In this document: positions 42,298-51,414 of the stretch, in pieces
Layout of the letters: the number at the start of each line of letters is the position of its first letter
How positions within the stretch are numbered: position 1 is the stretch's first letter
Assembly (NCBI GenBank): GCA_963667175.2
Contig: CAXXXF010000002.1
Span: forward strand, 160,001 to 224,000
Origin: Candidatus Latescibacterota bacterium
Lineage (GTDB): Bacteria > Latescibacterota > UBA2968 > GCA-2709665
Reading direction: 5' to 3'
Length of the DNA: 64,000 nt
Translations under genes and position numbers: made by a program
Notes under the pieces: model-generated
What the model was told of the DNA's origin: nothing
Database searches by the model: none
The model's input: the letters and a program-made list of their open reading frames with translations, nothing else

Positions 42298-42377
42298 CTC
42301 GCGATTCCTCCTCTTTAATGGATTGTCCGACCCGACAAAACGTCGAAGCGCTGCGGGCAGGGCGCCCGCCTGTCTTT

Positions 42378-43808
42378 TCAACGAGAATCGACGTCATTTC
42401 TCTTATAGACGGCAAGCCGGTAGGGTCGGGGGCCGTCGAAGGTCCTGACGCGTTCGTAGGCGTCTCTGAACCAATGCGCGGACGCAATCGGTTCCTCCAG
42501 CGAAGCCCATAATGGATCGTGCAGAATCACATAATCCGGCCGGTACGTCCGGACGGGCCAGGAGACGTCCCCGGCTGCCAGGTGGGGACCGACGGCGGGG
42601 GTGACCAGACCACACAGGTCCACAACGTACCGATCGCTGTAAAACCCCACGATGCCGATTTCCACCATTCCGACGGAAGCCGTCGCCGGTGTATTTTCGG
42701 CAAGCCACTCCCCCGCCGACCTGTAGATCGTGTACCTCGGCTGAGGTTCCCGCCCCAACTGCCTGACGGTGGGGGTGAGTACGGCGATCAGCAGCGGAAT
42801 GCACAGCAACGCGGTTATCCGGACCTCATCAACGCGCCAGACCGGCCGGCGTTCTGCGACCCAACCGGTCAGTGAGACCGTTCCGAGGGCGGTCAGGATC
42901 ATCAGGAGCGGTACCAGCCCCGCGTAATAATTGTAGGCCGCGGGTACGCCCATCGCCCAGTACCCAAGAAAGATGGATACCGGCCATCCCGCGATGAGCA
43001 GAATGCGCCCGTCCAGACTCAAGATCCTTCTGGCGCCCGCGAGCGCCGGAAGGACGAACCAGAGTAACAACGGCGACCATTCAAGGTATCGCCGGCCCGT
43101 ATAGAGGACGCCATGCCATAGCGACCGCCAGAGCCCGCTGGCGCCCATGGCGCGCTTTGCCTCAAGCGTATTCGGAAACGGCGATCCGAAATTCGAGGCC
43201 GCGTACACGGCCCACGCGCCGACAACCGCGGCGAAGACAAGAAGGGGCCGCCATGCCTCTCGTTTGTGCGTCCACAGATGATGGCCCAGGATCAGCCCGG
43301 CGGGAACAAGCCCATCCCCCCGGGTGAGCGTTCCCAGCGCGAGCAACACAGCTGCAAGAATCGGGCGGTTCGAAAAGTAGGCGGCGTAGGCGCCGAATAT
43401 AAGCGCCTGGAACAGAATCAGTTCAAAGCCGAGTACGTCACCGAGGTACGGATTCAGAACCACGAGAATCGCGGCGACAAAACCCGCCGTGTCTTCATTG
43501 AAGCGGGCGAGAATGCGGCCGATCAGCAATCCGAGCGCTCCCAGCGCGGCGCCGCTGAGAAGGGTGCTGAACAGTGGATAGTTCCCGGCAATCCGGCCGG
43601 GCAGAGAAAGGATCAAGGCATAAAGCGGCGCCGTGGTTCCCAGCACCCGTTCGCCTTCGTTATAGAGGAACCCCCGGCCTTCCGCAAGATTTCGCGCATA
43701 TCGGTACGTAATATACGGATCGTCCATCTGCACCCGGTGGAAACAGGCAACCGAAGGGGGCGTCAGGAGCGCGACCACGATGAAGAGCCGGGCGTTGGTC
43801 GAACGCAA
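42378..43808 (-). CDS. GT-C superfamily membrane glycosyltransferase (ArnT/PMT/Aft-like)
   Basis: [46 protein letters not shown]; start uncertain. Confidence 0.82.
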   Translation of the reverse strand: MRSTNARLFIVVALLTPPSVACFHRVQMDDPYITYRYARNLAEGRGFLYNEGERVLGTTAPLYALILSLPGRIAGNYPLFSTLLSGAALGALGLLIGRILARFNEDTAGFVAAILVVLNPYLGDVLGFELILFQALIFGAYAAYFSNRPILAAVLLALGTLTRGDGLVPAGLILGHHLWTHKREAWRPLLVFAAVVGAWAVYAASNFGSPFPNTLEAKRAMGASGLWRSLWHGVLYTGRRYLEWSPLLLWFVLPALAGARRILSLDGRILLIAGWPVSIFLGYWAMGVPAAYNYYAGLVPLLMILTALGTVSLTGWVAERRPVWRVDEVRITALLCIPLLIAVLTPTVRQLGREPQPRYTIYRSAGEWLAENTPATASVGMVEIGIVGFYSDRYVVDLCGLVTPAVGPHLAAGDVSWPVRTYRPDYVILHDPLWASLEEPIASAHWFRDAYERVRTFDGPRPYRLAVYKRNDVDSR

Positions 43809-43988
43809 AAAGCGAATCGGTGCGGCTTTAATGGCCTGAAGAATCCATAGTGACGCCGCTGCGCAGCGGCGGGTGATTCAATCCGACCCGGCAGATATCG
43901 ATTCACCCGAACGGTTGGCGCGCCCGGATCGGCGAAACGGCTTGACGGCATCGTACCGGAATTCGATGGACCGCTGTTCCGAAGCGGT

Positions 43989-44705
43989 TCAGGATTCGAT
44001 CAACGCCCTGCCGCCGCAGACAAGGTCGGCCGCGTTGGCGTCGTCGGTGTCCAGATGGAGTTCGGGCAAATAGCCGGGGTCGATTTTCAGCCTGACGTTT
44101 TCGAAGATCAGTCCCTTTTCGCCGCTGACGCGAGCACGAACGGCGCCGCGCCCCGCAAGTCCCATCTCTTCAACGTCGGCGGGGCGAAGGTGGAGGTGTC
44201 GTACGGCGCGGATCGCGGCGGGTACGGTAAGGGATCCTGCAGGGCCCACAAAAGTGACCCGCTGGGCGCCTCGCAGGTCGCCGGAGTCCCGCACAGGGGG
44301 ATCGAGACCGAGAAAGATGGCGTCCGTTCGGGCCAATTCGACCTGATTGTATTCCCGGGCGGGTCCCAGAATCCGGACGCGCTCGATGGCGCGCAGGCGG
44401 GGCCCGATCACGGAGACGCATTCTTCCGCCGCGTACGCGCCGGGCTGATACAGTACTCGGTGCGGCGTGAGTTCCGATCCGCGCCCGAACAGGACGTCCA
44501 TGGCCTCCCGGTTCAGGTGGCAGTGCCTTGCGGAGACCCCCACCGGGATTTCGAGGTGGCCGTCTCTTCCGTTCTGAACCCTCCCGAGGACTTCTCGGAC
44601 GACGCGGGCGATATCCGGCGACCCGTTGCCGTTCGCGGCCGGCCGCCCTTGTTCGCACAGCTTGCAGTCCGCGCATTCGGAAGCAGGTTTGAATGTCTGT
44701 GCCAT
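43989..44705 (-). CDS. pduL: PduL phosphate acyltransferase
   Basis: PVGVSARH.HL, LYQPG.YAAEE, RILGP.R...QVEL..TD, RHLH, ELHLDTDDANAA. Confidence 0.92.
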   Translation of the reverse strand: MAQTFKPASECADCKLCEQGRPAANGNGSPDIARVVREVLGRVQNGRDGHLEIPVGVSARHCHLNREAMDVLFGRGSELTPHRVLYQPGAYAAEECVSVIGPRLRAIERVRILGPAREYNQVELARTDAIFLGLDPPVRDSGDLRGAQRVTFVGPAGSLTVPAAIRAVRHLHLRPADVEEMGLAGRGAVRARVSGEKGLIFENVRLKIDPGYLPELHLDTDDANAADLVCGGRALIES

Positions 44706-45314
44706 CGGGACGCGGCGCGCGCTCGCTTTCTCTACCGGGCGTGGATGCCGAACGGCGACGTATTTCCCGGACGGGACGAGAATCTGGCGCTTACGGGACG
44801 GAAGACTGTGTCGACTCCGGATTCAAGACGCGAATAATAGCAGGTTGAATGCGTAAAGTCAAGGGATTTCGGGGACACGCGCGACCGCCTGAACGCGGGA
44901 GGCCGTACGCTTGACAATTCCCGGGGTTTTGGCGTAACTGCGCGGTTTTATGTCCTTGACAATGAACAACTCGACGCCACCCGACCCGACTGTCGCTGTC
45001 CATAACGTCGATTACGGCGTCGTCCGAAAACTCAATCCACTCTCTGATTTGCCACTGACCCCGTTCTGCTTCCGATAACGCTGTTTCCTTCACCATCATG
45101 GATGAATCGGTTGAAGAGAATGGCGGAAGATACAGCGTTGACTAGGGTATTGGTATACCGTATATTTCATTGCTGTCCAAGAAGAACGTGACGTTTCCGG
45201 CAGTCATCATTGTCAAGACTCTAAGTTAGGTGAGTATTCATGATTGGTGAGCTGCGACGCCGGAGCGCGTGAGGAACATCGGTTTGCAGGCTGCTAACAT
45301 GATTGCGGCGAGGC

Positions 45315-47153
45315 ATGGCGGCGATTCTCGGCATATCGGCCTTCTACCACGACTCGGCGGCGGCGCTTGTCGTCGATGGCGACATTGTGGCGGCCGCCCA
45401 GGAGGAGCGGTTCACCCGTCACAAGCACGATCACGCGTTCCCGATCCACGCCATCCGCTACTGCCTCGACGAGGCGGGGATCCCGCCAGAGAAGCTCGAC
45501 TACGTTGGCTTCTACGAGAAGCCGTTCCTGAAGCTCGAGCGCCTGCTGGAGACCTACCTGGCGTACGCCCCGCGTGGGTTTCGCTCGTTCCTGCGGTTCG
45601 TGCCGCTCTGGACGAAGCAGAAGCTCCATCTGCCGCGCACCATCGCCAGAGGGCTTGCCGGGCGCTACGCGCGGCAGATCGTTTTCACCGAGCACCACGA
45701 GTCGCACGCGGCGAGCGCGTTCTTTCCGTCCCCGTTCGACGAGGCTGCCATCCTCACGATGGACGGCGTAGGTGAGTGGGCCACGACTACGTTCGGGGCG
45801 GGACGGGGCAACCGCGTCGAACTGACACACGAGATCCGTTTTCCGCACTCGCTCGGCCTGCTGTACTCCGCCTTCACCTACTTCACCGGCTTCAAGGTGA
45901 ACTCGGGCGAGTACAAACTGATGGGCCTCGCGCCGTACGGGCAGCCGAGGTACGCCGACCGTATCCTGGAGCGGCTGATCGACCTCAAGCCCGACGGGTC
46001 GTTCCGCCTGGACATGTCGTACTTTGAGTACTGCCAGGGGCTGCGGATGACGTCGCGTCGGTTCGAGAGGCTCTTCGACGGCCCGCCGCGGCGGCCCGAG
46101 GCGACCATCACCGAGCGCGAGATGGACATTGCGGCTTCCATCCAGGCGGTAACCGAAGAGGCCATGCTGCGGGCGGCGCGCCACGTCCACGCCGAGACCG
46201 GGTTGCGCAAGCTTTGCCTGGCCGGCGGTGTGGCGCTCAACTGCGTCGGCAACGGGCGTGTGCTGCGCGAGGGGCCGTTCGACGACGTCTGGATCCAGCC
46301 GGCGGCGGGGGACGCCGGCTGTGCGCTGGGGGTCGCGCTCTTCATCTGGCACCAACTTCTCGACAGTCCCCGAAAGGTCCGGAAACCCGACGCCCAGCAC
46401 GCGTCGCTCCTCGGGCCGCGCGCGACGGACGCCGGCATCCGGGAATTCCTCGCCGGGGTCGGCGCGGTCTACCGGGAGTACCCCGACGACGCCTCGCTCT
46501 GCGACGCGGTGGCCGACCTGTTGGCCCAGGAGCGGGTGGTCGGGTGGTTCCAGGGCCGCATGGAGTTCGGGCCGCGCGCCCTCGGCTCGCGGAGCATCCT
46601 CGGCGACGCCCGCAGCCGCGACATGCAGTCGGTGATGAACCGAAAGATCAAGTTCCGGGAGTCATTCCGCCCGTTCGCGCCGTCTGTGCTGCGGGAGCGG
46701 GCGCACGACTACTTCGAGATGCGTCCGGAGGAGGACAGCCCGTACATGCTGCTCGTGGCGCCCGTGCGCGACGGGCATCGGACGCCGCCGGACGGACGCG
46801 CGAACGCATTGCGCGGTCTCGACAAGCTGAAGGCGTCGCGCTCGGATGTCCCGGCCGTCACCCACGTCGACTACTCGGCCCGGGTGCAGACCGTGGACGC
46901 CGGACGGCACGGACGGTACGCGGCGCTGCTGCGGGCCTTCGAGGCAAAGACCGGCTGCCCGGTCATCATCAATACGAGCTTTAACGTACGTGGGGAGCCG
47001 ATCGTCTGTGCGCCCGAGCACGCCTACCGATGCTTCATGGCGACAAACATGGACGCGCTCGTGCTGGAGCGGTGCGTGCTCCGGAAGGCGGCGCAGACGA
47101 ACGGCGCCGCCGTGGACGCGGACGCCTACCTGGGCGAGTTCACACTGGATTGA
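45315..47153 (+). CDS. O-carbamoyltransferase, NodU/CmcH/SxtI family
   Basis: ILGISAFYHDSAA, AQEERFTR.KH, EHHESHAAS, EYKLMGLAPYG, GGVALNC, FRESFRPFAP, INTSFNVRGEPIV. Confidence 0.94.
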   Translation: MAAILGISAFYHDSAAALVVDGDIVAAAQEERFTRHKHDHAFPIHAIRYCLDEAGIPPEKLDYVGFYEKPFLKLERLLETYLAYAPRGFRSFLRFVPLWTKQKLHLPRTIARGLAGRYARQIVFTEHHESHAASAFFPSPFDEAAILTMDGVGEWATTTFGAGRGNRVELTHEIRFPHSLGLLYSAFTYFTGFKVNSGEYKLMGLAPYGQPRYADRILERLIDLKPDGSFRLDMSYFEYCQGLRMTSRRFERLFDGPPRRPEATITEREMDIAASIQAVTEEAMLRAARHVHAETGLRKLCLAGGVALNCVGNGRVLREGPFDDVWIQPAAGDAGCALGVALFIWHQLLDSPRKVRKPDAQHASLLGPRATDAGIREFLAGVGAVYREYPDDASLCDAVADLLAQERVVGWFQGRMEFGPRALGSRSILGDARSRDMQSVMNRKIKFRESFRPFAPSVLRERAHDYFEMRPEEDSPYMLLVAPVRDGHRTPPDGRANALRGLDKLKASRSDVPAVTHVDYSARVQTVDAGRHGRYAALLRAFEAKTGCPVIINTSFNVRGEPIVCAPEHAYRCFMATNMDALVLERCVLRKAAQTNGAAVDADAYLGEFTLD

Positions 47154-47158
47154 CAACC

Positions 47159-47575
47159 ATGGCCCTGCTCGATATCAATCGGCGTCCGAAAGCGAAGGAA
47201 CTCCGATGGTTCGGCGTCCTGTTGGCCGGTTTCGTCGTCGTGGCGGGGGCCTTCGCGTACTGGCGGTTCGAGGCGCCGGCGGCGGCCCGGGTCATCTGGG
47301 TTGGGGGCGCCTCTCTGGCGGCGGTCTATGCCGTGATCCCGGCGCTCCGCCGGTGGGTTTACCTCGGCTGGCTGTACGCGGCGTTCCCAATCGGCTGGAC
47401 CGTCTCGCATCTGCTGCTGGGGGCGACCTACTACCTGGTGCTGACGCCCATCGGCCTTCTGGTACGCTGGACAAAGGGGGATCCGCTGGGACGGACGCTT
47501 GATCGCTCCGCGTCGAGCTACTGGGCGGAGCGCAGGCCGGTCCGGGACGTGCGGCGCTACTTCCGGCAATTCTGA
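47159..47575 (+). CDS. SxtJ family membrane protein
   Basis: ELRWFG, YLGW...AFPIGW.VS, YYLVLTPIG, DPL.R, SYW..R, RYFRQF; follows the carbamoyltransferase. Confidence 0.85.
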   Translation: MALLDINRRPKAKELRWFGVLLAGFVVVAGAFAYWRFEAPAAARVIWVGGASLAAVYAVIPALRRWVYLGWLYAAFPIGWTVSHLLLGATYYLVLTPIGLLVRWTKGDPLGRTLDRSASSYWAERRPVRDVRRYFRQF

Positions 47576-47731
47576 AGCGGCGTCGAGCGGCTCGGGCGTT
47601 CTCATGCGCATGACCGAACCGGGACGGCCATTGGAACGCTCCGGGACACGAGGTCTGCTTCCCTGCGCGAACTCGGTCACGGCTGTTTTTGGAGGAATTG
47701 GCAGAGTTCGGTGGGCTTCTCGGGAGCGCGA

Positions 47732-48922
47732 ATGGCAAGTAAAACCGTCGGCCGCCGCCTTTGGACGTTGCGCGCATTGGCAGTGCTGGCGGGATTGTTC
47801 GTCGCCCTCGGCTGTCTCGAAGCGCTGCTGCGGACCCTGCCCGTGTACGATCCACCCCGCCGGACGCGGGTCGACGAAGGGAATCCCGTCCTCCGGTTCG
47901 AGCCCGGTCGGGAATTCCTGTGGTCGAGGGGCTGGGACTTCTCGATGGTCAATAGGGGGAGGACCAACAACGTCGGCTTCGTCAGCGATTTCGACTATCA
48001 ACCGGACGCGGAGGGACCCCTGCTGGCCGTCATCGGTGACAGCTACGTCGAGGCGGCGATGGTGCCCTTCGGCGAAACCTGCGCGGGGCGTCTGGCGCAG
48101 AGGCTGACCGGGAAAGCCCGGGTCTATGCGTTCGGTGTCTCCGGCTCTCCCCTCAGCCAGTACCTGGCGTTCGCCGAGTACGCGCGCGACACGTTCCGCC
48201 CGGTCGGGCTGGCCGTCGTCATCATCGACAACGACTACGACGAGAGCCTCCTCAAGTACCGGCCCGTGCCCGGCTTCCATTACTTCGTCGAGGATGGAGA
48301 CGGCCGTCTCCGCCTCGAACGTGCCGATTTCGAGCGCAGCCTCCTGCATCGGCTCATCAGGGCGTCGGCCCTGGCCCGGTACTTCGCCGGAAACGTGGAC
48401 GTGCGGCGCGGCATCGAGCAGCTTCGCCGTGGGATTGCCGCGACGTGGGAGGAGCTGCTCGGCGGGGAAGCGGAACACGGGCCGGCAGACGCCGCCGGAA
48501 GCGCGTCCGTCGAGGCGGCGCGCGTTACGGATTCGAAGCGTGCGGTCGTCGCGTTCCTCAATCAATTGCCCGAGGCGTCCGGCCTGGATCCGGGGCGCAT
48601 CGTGTTCGTTGTCGACGGCCTGCGCACCCAGTTGTATCGCAAGGACCGGCTGGCGAAGATGGCCGGGACTTTCAGGGACGTGATGCGGCGCTACTTCCTG
48701 GTCGAGGCGCATAGGCGGGGTTATCAGACCGCCGATCTTCAGCCGGCTATGGTCGCGCACTTCCGGGCGTATCGCGAGCGGTTCGAATGGCCCCAGGACA
48801 TCCATTGGAACGCTCTGGGACACGAGCTGTGCTTCGATGCGTTGGTCCGGTCGGAGGTGGTTTCCGTGGAGTCCGAGGGGCCGGGAAGGCCCGCGGGCGC
48901 GCAGCCCGCAGGTTGGGAGTGA
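47732..48922 (+). CDS. Membrane-anchored SGNH/GDSL hydrolase-like protein
   Basis: N-terminal TM; AVIGDSY, FGVSG, NDY, D.HWNA.GH. Confidence 0.8.
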   Translation: MASKTVGRRLWTLRALAVLAGLFVALGCLEALLRTLPVYDPPRRTRVDEGNPVLRFEPGREFLWSRGWDFSMVNRGRTNNVGFVSDFDYQPDAEGPLLAVIGDSYVEAAMVPFGETCAGRLAQRLTGKARVYAFGVSGSPLSQYLAFAEYARDTFRPVGLAVVIIDNDYDESLLKYRPVPGFHYFVEDGDGRLRLERADFERSLLHRLIRASALARYFAGNVDVRRGIEQLRRGIAATWEELLGGEAEHGPADAAGSASVEAARVTDSKRAVVAFLNQLPEASGLDPGRIVFVVDGLRTQLYRKDRLAKMAGTFRDVMRRYFLVEAHRRGYQTADLQPAMVAHFRAYRERFEWPQDIHWNALGHELCFDALVRSEVVSVESEGPGRPAGAQPAGWE

Positions 48923-49028
48923 GGTTGGCGGTAGGATCGACGGAGAGAAGCTGTACCGTACAATCTCGGACTTGCTCGGGACGCGCCGTTGATTCGTCGC
49001 GCAGGTGATCGGATTCGAAAGGAATGGA

Positions 49029-49250
49029 ATGCCAGACGCTCAAGCAGGCGGCGGCGAAGAAAAACGGGGCGGCGAGTTCGCGGCCCAGGCCGACGCGTCG
49101 CGTCCGAGTCTCCTCATCGAGTTGTGGGAGTTCATGGCCGCGAACAAAAAGTGGTGGTTGACCCCGGTGATCCTCGTGCTGCTGTTGGCGGGCGCACTGA
49201 TCATGCTGTCGGGAAGCGCGGCCGCGCCATTCATCTACACGCTGTTCTAG
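49029..49250 (+). CDS. SxtK / DUF5989 small membrane protein
   Basis: ELWEFM..NKKWWL.P...LL...GS..APFIYTLF. Confidence 0.88.
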   Translation: MPDAQAGGGEEKRGGEFAAQADASRPSLLIELWEFMAANKKWWLTPVILVLLLAGALIMLSGSAAAPFIYTLF

Positions 49251-49310
49251 ACCCGGAAATAAGTCGCCTGAATCGGCGGTTGAATGGGGAGGTATTTTTG
49301 GGACAGGACC
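49243..49310. repeat. Internally deleted copy of MITE family B
   Basis: CCCGGAAAT..GCCTGAAT joined to CG..GAATGG.GAGGTATTTTTGGGACAG; matches both ends of 57397-57559. Confidence 0.7.
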
Positions 49311-49485
49311 AGCGCGAGACGGGCCCCGGAGGACTCTGACTGTGACGGTCCGCGTCGGGCTCGACACGGGAATGCGTGGCACGCGGCTCATGGATGCGCC
49401 GCGTCCTTTTTCCAGTTTCTTACGAACAGACCGATACCACAACCAATCCCCTTTTTCCTGCCTTCGAAATTTACACTTTTTCCGA

Positions 49486-49666
49486 ACGGCCCGTTGAAAA
49501 AGCCCCTCCGGGCCGCGTCCGGCCCTTGCGGCCGAATGACCGCGTTTCCTGCCGGCGGCAGGCAGGCCCTCCCTCCCCGAATCCCTCCATTTGACGCGGT
49601 CGCGCGTCTTGCCATCGGCCACAGTGACTCGGCCTCGCCTGCAGAGCGCCTCCATCAACGGACTGC
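49486..49666. mobile_element. MITE family A, copy 3 (diverged, fewer nested hairpins)
   Basis: GCCCGTTGAAAAAG ... TCAACGGACTGC; shares GCGTCCGGCCCTTG, CTCCCTCCCCGAATCC and CTCGGCCTCGCCTGCAGAGCG with copy 1. Confidence 0.8.
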
Positions 49667-49719
49667 TATGGGAGTTCAATTCTTCATTATTCAGATCAGT
49701 CTTCATCGGACGTGACGTC

Positions 49720-51408
49720 GTGAGATCCGTATTTCTCCTGCTCGCCTTTCTGTCGTTGGCGCAGACCGTCCACGCGGGCGACAATACACCGGATTTGCCG
49801 CTTATTCACGGGGTTTATCGGTCGCTCGACCGGTACGACGCCAATGGATGGCTGGACTTCGCGGCGTCGCAGGACAGACCGTACACCCGCCTTCAGATCG
49901 CCCGGCTTCTGATCCGGGTGATGCGCAACAAAGAAGCGCAGGCCGCCATGTCGCGTACCGAACGGGGTATCTTCCGGAGACACATGGCGGAGTTCCGTCC
50001 CGAGGTCGCGCGATTGGGCCATGCGCCGCCGCCGGCGCGGCCCGGCGCCCTCGGCCGGCTGGCGGACGCTCTCTATTCGTGGCAGGATACGGCTGCGTCC
50101 GTTGTGTTGGACGCGCTCTTCCGGCAGCGGTTGATTCTGTTCAGAGGCGAGGAACGGGAAGACGAGACGGTTTCTCAGACGCACGTGGGCGCGCTCGCAC
50201 GCGGTACCGTTGGAGATCGGTTTGGTTTCCGGGTTCGCCACTTCGAGGCCCGCGAGTGGAGCACCCTCCGGCGCCGGACCCGGTCGGATATCGTGGCCCG
50301 TCCGATCGAGCTGGCGCAGATCAAGGGAAATGCCGTGGATTTTCGCGAAGCCACGTTTCAGCTGGTCTGGGCGACGCGCTGGTTCGACGTCAGCGCGGGA
50401 AAAGGCAGCCTGGATTGGGGGCCGGGCCGGACCGGCAATCTGTTTCTGACCGCTTTCGCGCCGTCTTTCGGGATCTTGCGGTTCAATGCGCAGTACCGCC
50501 GGCTGCGCTTCAAACACATTCTGGGATTCCTCGAGGCGGAACGGGGCATGGTCGACACCGCCCTGACCCGGATCGATAACGGCCACCTGCGTACGTTTCA
50601 GCGGGCCAAGGCGATTGCCGCCCATCGGGTGGAGTTCGATCTGTCCCCGCGTGCCAGTCTGGGTCTTCAGGAGGCCGTGATCTATGGAGACCGAAATCTG
50701 GAGTTTCTGTACCTTCCGCCCGTGTCCCTGCTGACGGCCGCGCAGACGTCCGTGGGGGACAAAGACAATCTTGTCGTGGCGCTCGACGTTACTTTCAGGC
50801 CGACGAACGGCATCCAGGCCTACGTTGCGCTATTCATGGATGACCTGAGGAAGTTCAGCCCGGGAGACTTTTCCAACAAGCTCGCCACTCAGGTCGGCGT
50901 TTTCTGGGTCGATCCGATCGGATTGCGGGATACTGACGTTCGAGTCGAATTCGTGCACGTGGAGCCGTACGTGTATTCTCACAGGTTCGACGTCAATTCC
51001 TACACTCATTTCGACGCCCTGCTTGGATATCCCACGGGGCCGAATTCCGACAGATTCTGGGCGCGGGTAACGCACCGGCTGTCGCGGGCCCTAACGGTGT
51101 CGGCAAGCCTGGATCGCGCCCGGGAGGGCGAGAATATCGAGCATCCGGACGGAACCGTGACGAACGTGGGCGGAGACGCGCTGCGGGGCCGGCGTCCGAC
51201 GGATCCGGCGATCAGGGAGTTTATGAGCGGCACGGTGGAGAAACGTACCCACGTCGGGGCGGACCTCGTATTCGAGCCGGTCCGGGACCTGGCGCTTTCC
51301 GCAACCTACCGGCTGACGCGGGCGGGCAACGTGCTTCTGCGCGACGGAACCCGCGGGGATGGAAGCACCCACGACTGGCGCGTGACGCTGGACTTCAATT
51401 TCTTCTGA
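49720..51408 (+). CDS. Capsule assembly Wzi-family outer-membrane beta-barrel
   Basis: Signal peptide; RPYTR, WGPG..GNL, AHR.E, EAVIYG, DN, PYVYSH, LGYP.GPNSD; ends DFNFF; the ORF extension to 49591 lies in a MITE. Confidence 0.78.
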   Translation: MRSVFLLLAFLSLAQTVHAGDNTPDLPLIHGVYRSLDRYDANGWLDFAASQDRPYTRLQIARLLIRVMRNKEAQAAMSRTERGIFRRHMAEFRPEVARLGHAPPPARPGALGRLADALYSWQDTAASVVLDALFRQRLILFRGEEREDETVSQTHVGALARGTVGDRFGFRVRHFEAREWSTLRRRTRSDIVARPIELAQIKGNAVDFREATFQLVWATRWFDVSAGKGSLDWGPGRTGNLFLTAFAPSFGILRFNAQYRRLRFKHILGFLEAERGMVDTALTRIDNGHLRTFQRAKAIAAHRVEFDLSPRASLGLQEAVIYGDRNLEFLYLPPVSLLTAAQTSVGDKDNLVVALDVTFRPTNGIQAYVALFMDDLRKFSPGDFSNKLATQVGVFWVDPIGLRDTDVRVEFVHVEPYVYSHRFDVNSYTHFDALLGYPTGPNSDRFWARVTHRLSRALTVSASLDRAREGENIEHPDGTVTNVGGDALRGRRPTDPAIREFMSGTVEKRTHVGADLVFEPVRDLALSATYRLTRAGNVLLRDGTRGDGSTHDWRVTLDFNFF

Positions 51409-51414
51409 GGACCG

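Noticed and set aside
35125-44705. Ethanolamine/propanediol metabolosome, glycyl-radical BMC or carboxysome
   Set aside because: No EutBC, PduCDE, glycyl-radical enzyme or RuBisCO; the only signature enzyme is a class II aldolase.
48927-48934. ops-like GGCGGTAG upstream of the capsule genes
   Set aside because: An 8-mer expected by chance in GC-rich DNA; no JUMPstart context or RfaH/UpxY gene seen.
45315-49250. Saxitoxin biosynthesis
   Set aside because: Only I/J/K-like tailoring homologs are present; no sxtA PKS-like, sxtG amidinotransferase or other core genes in the window.
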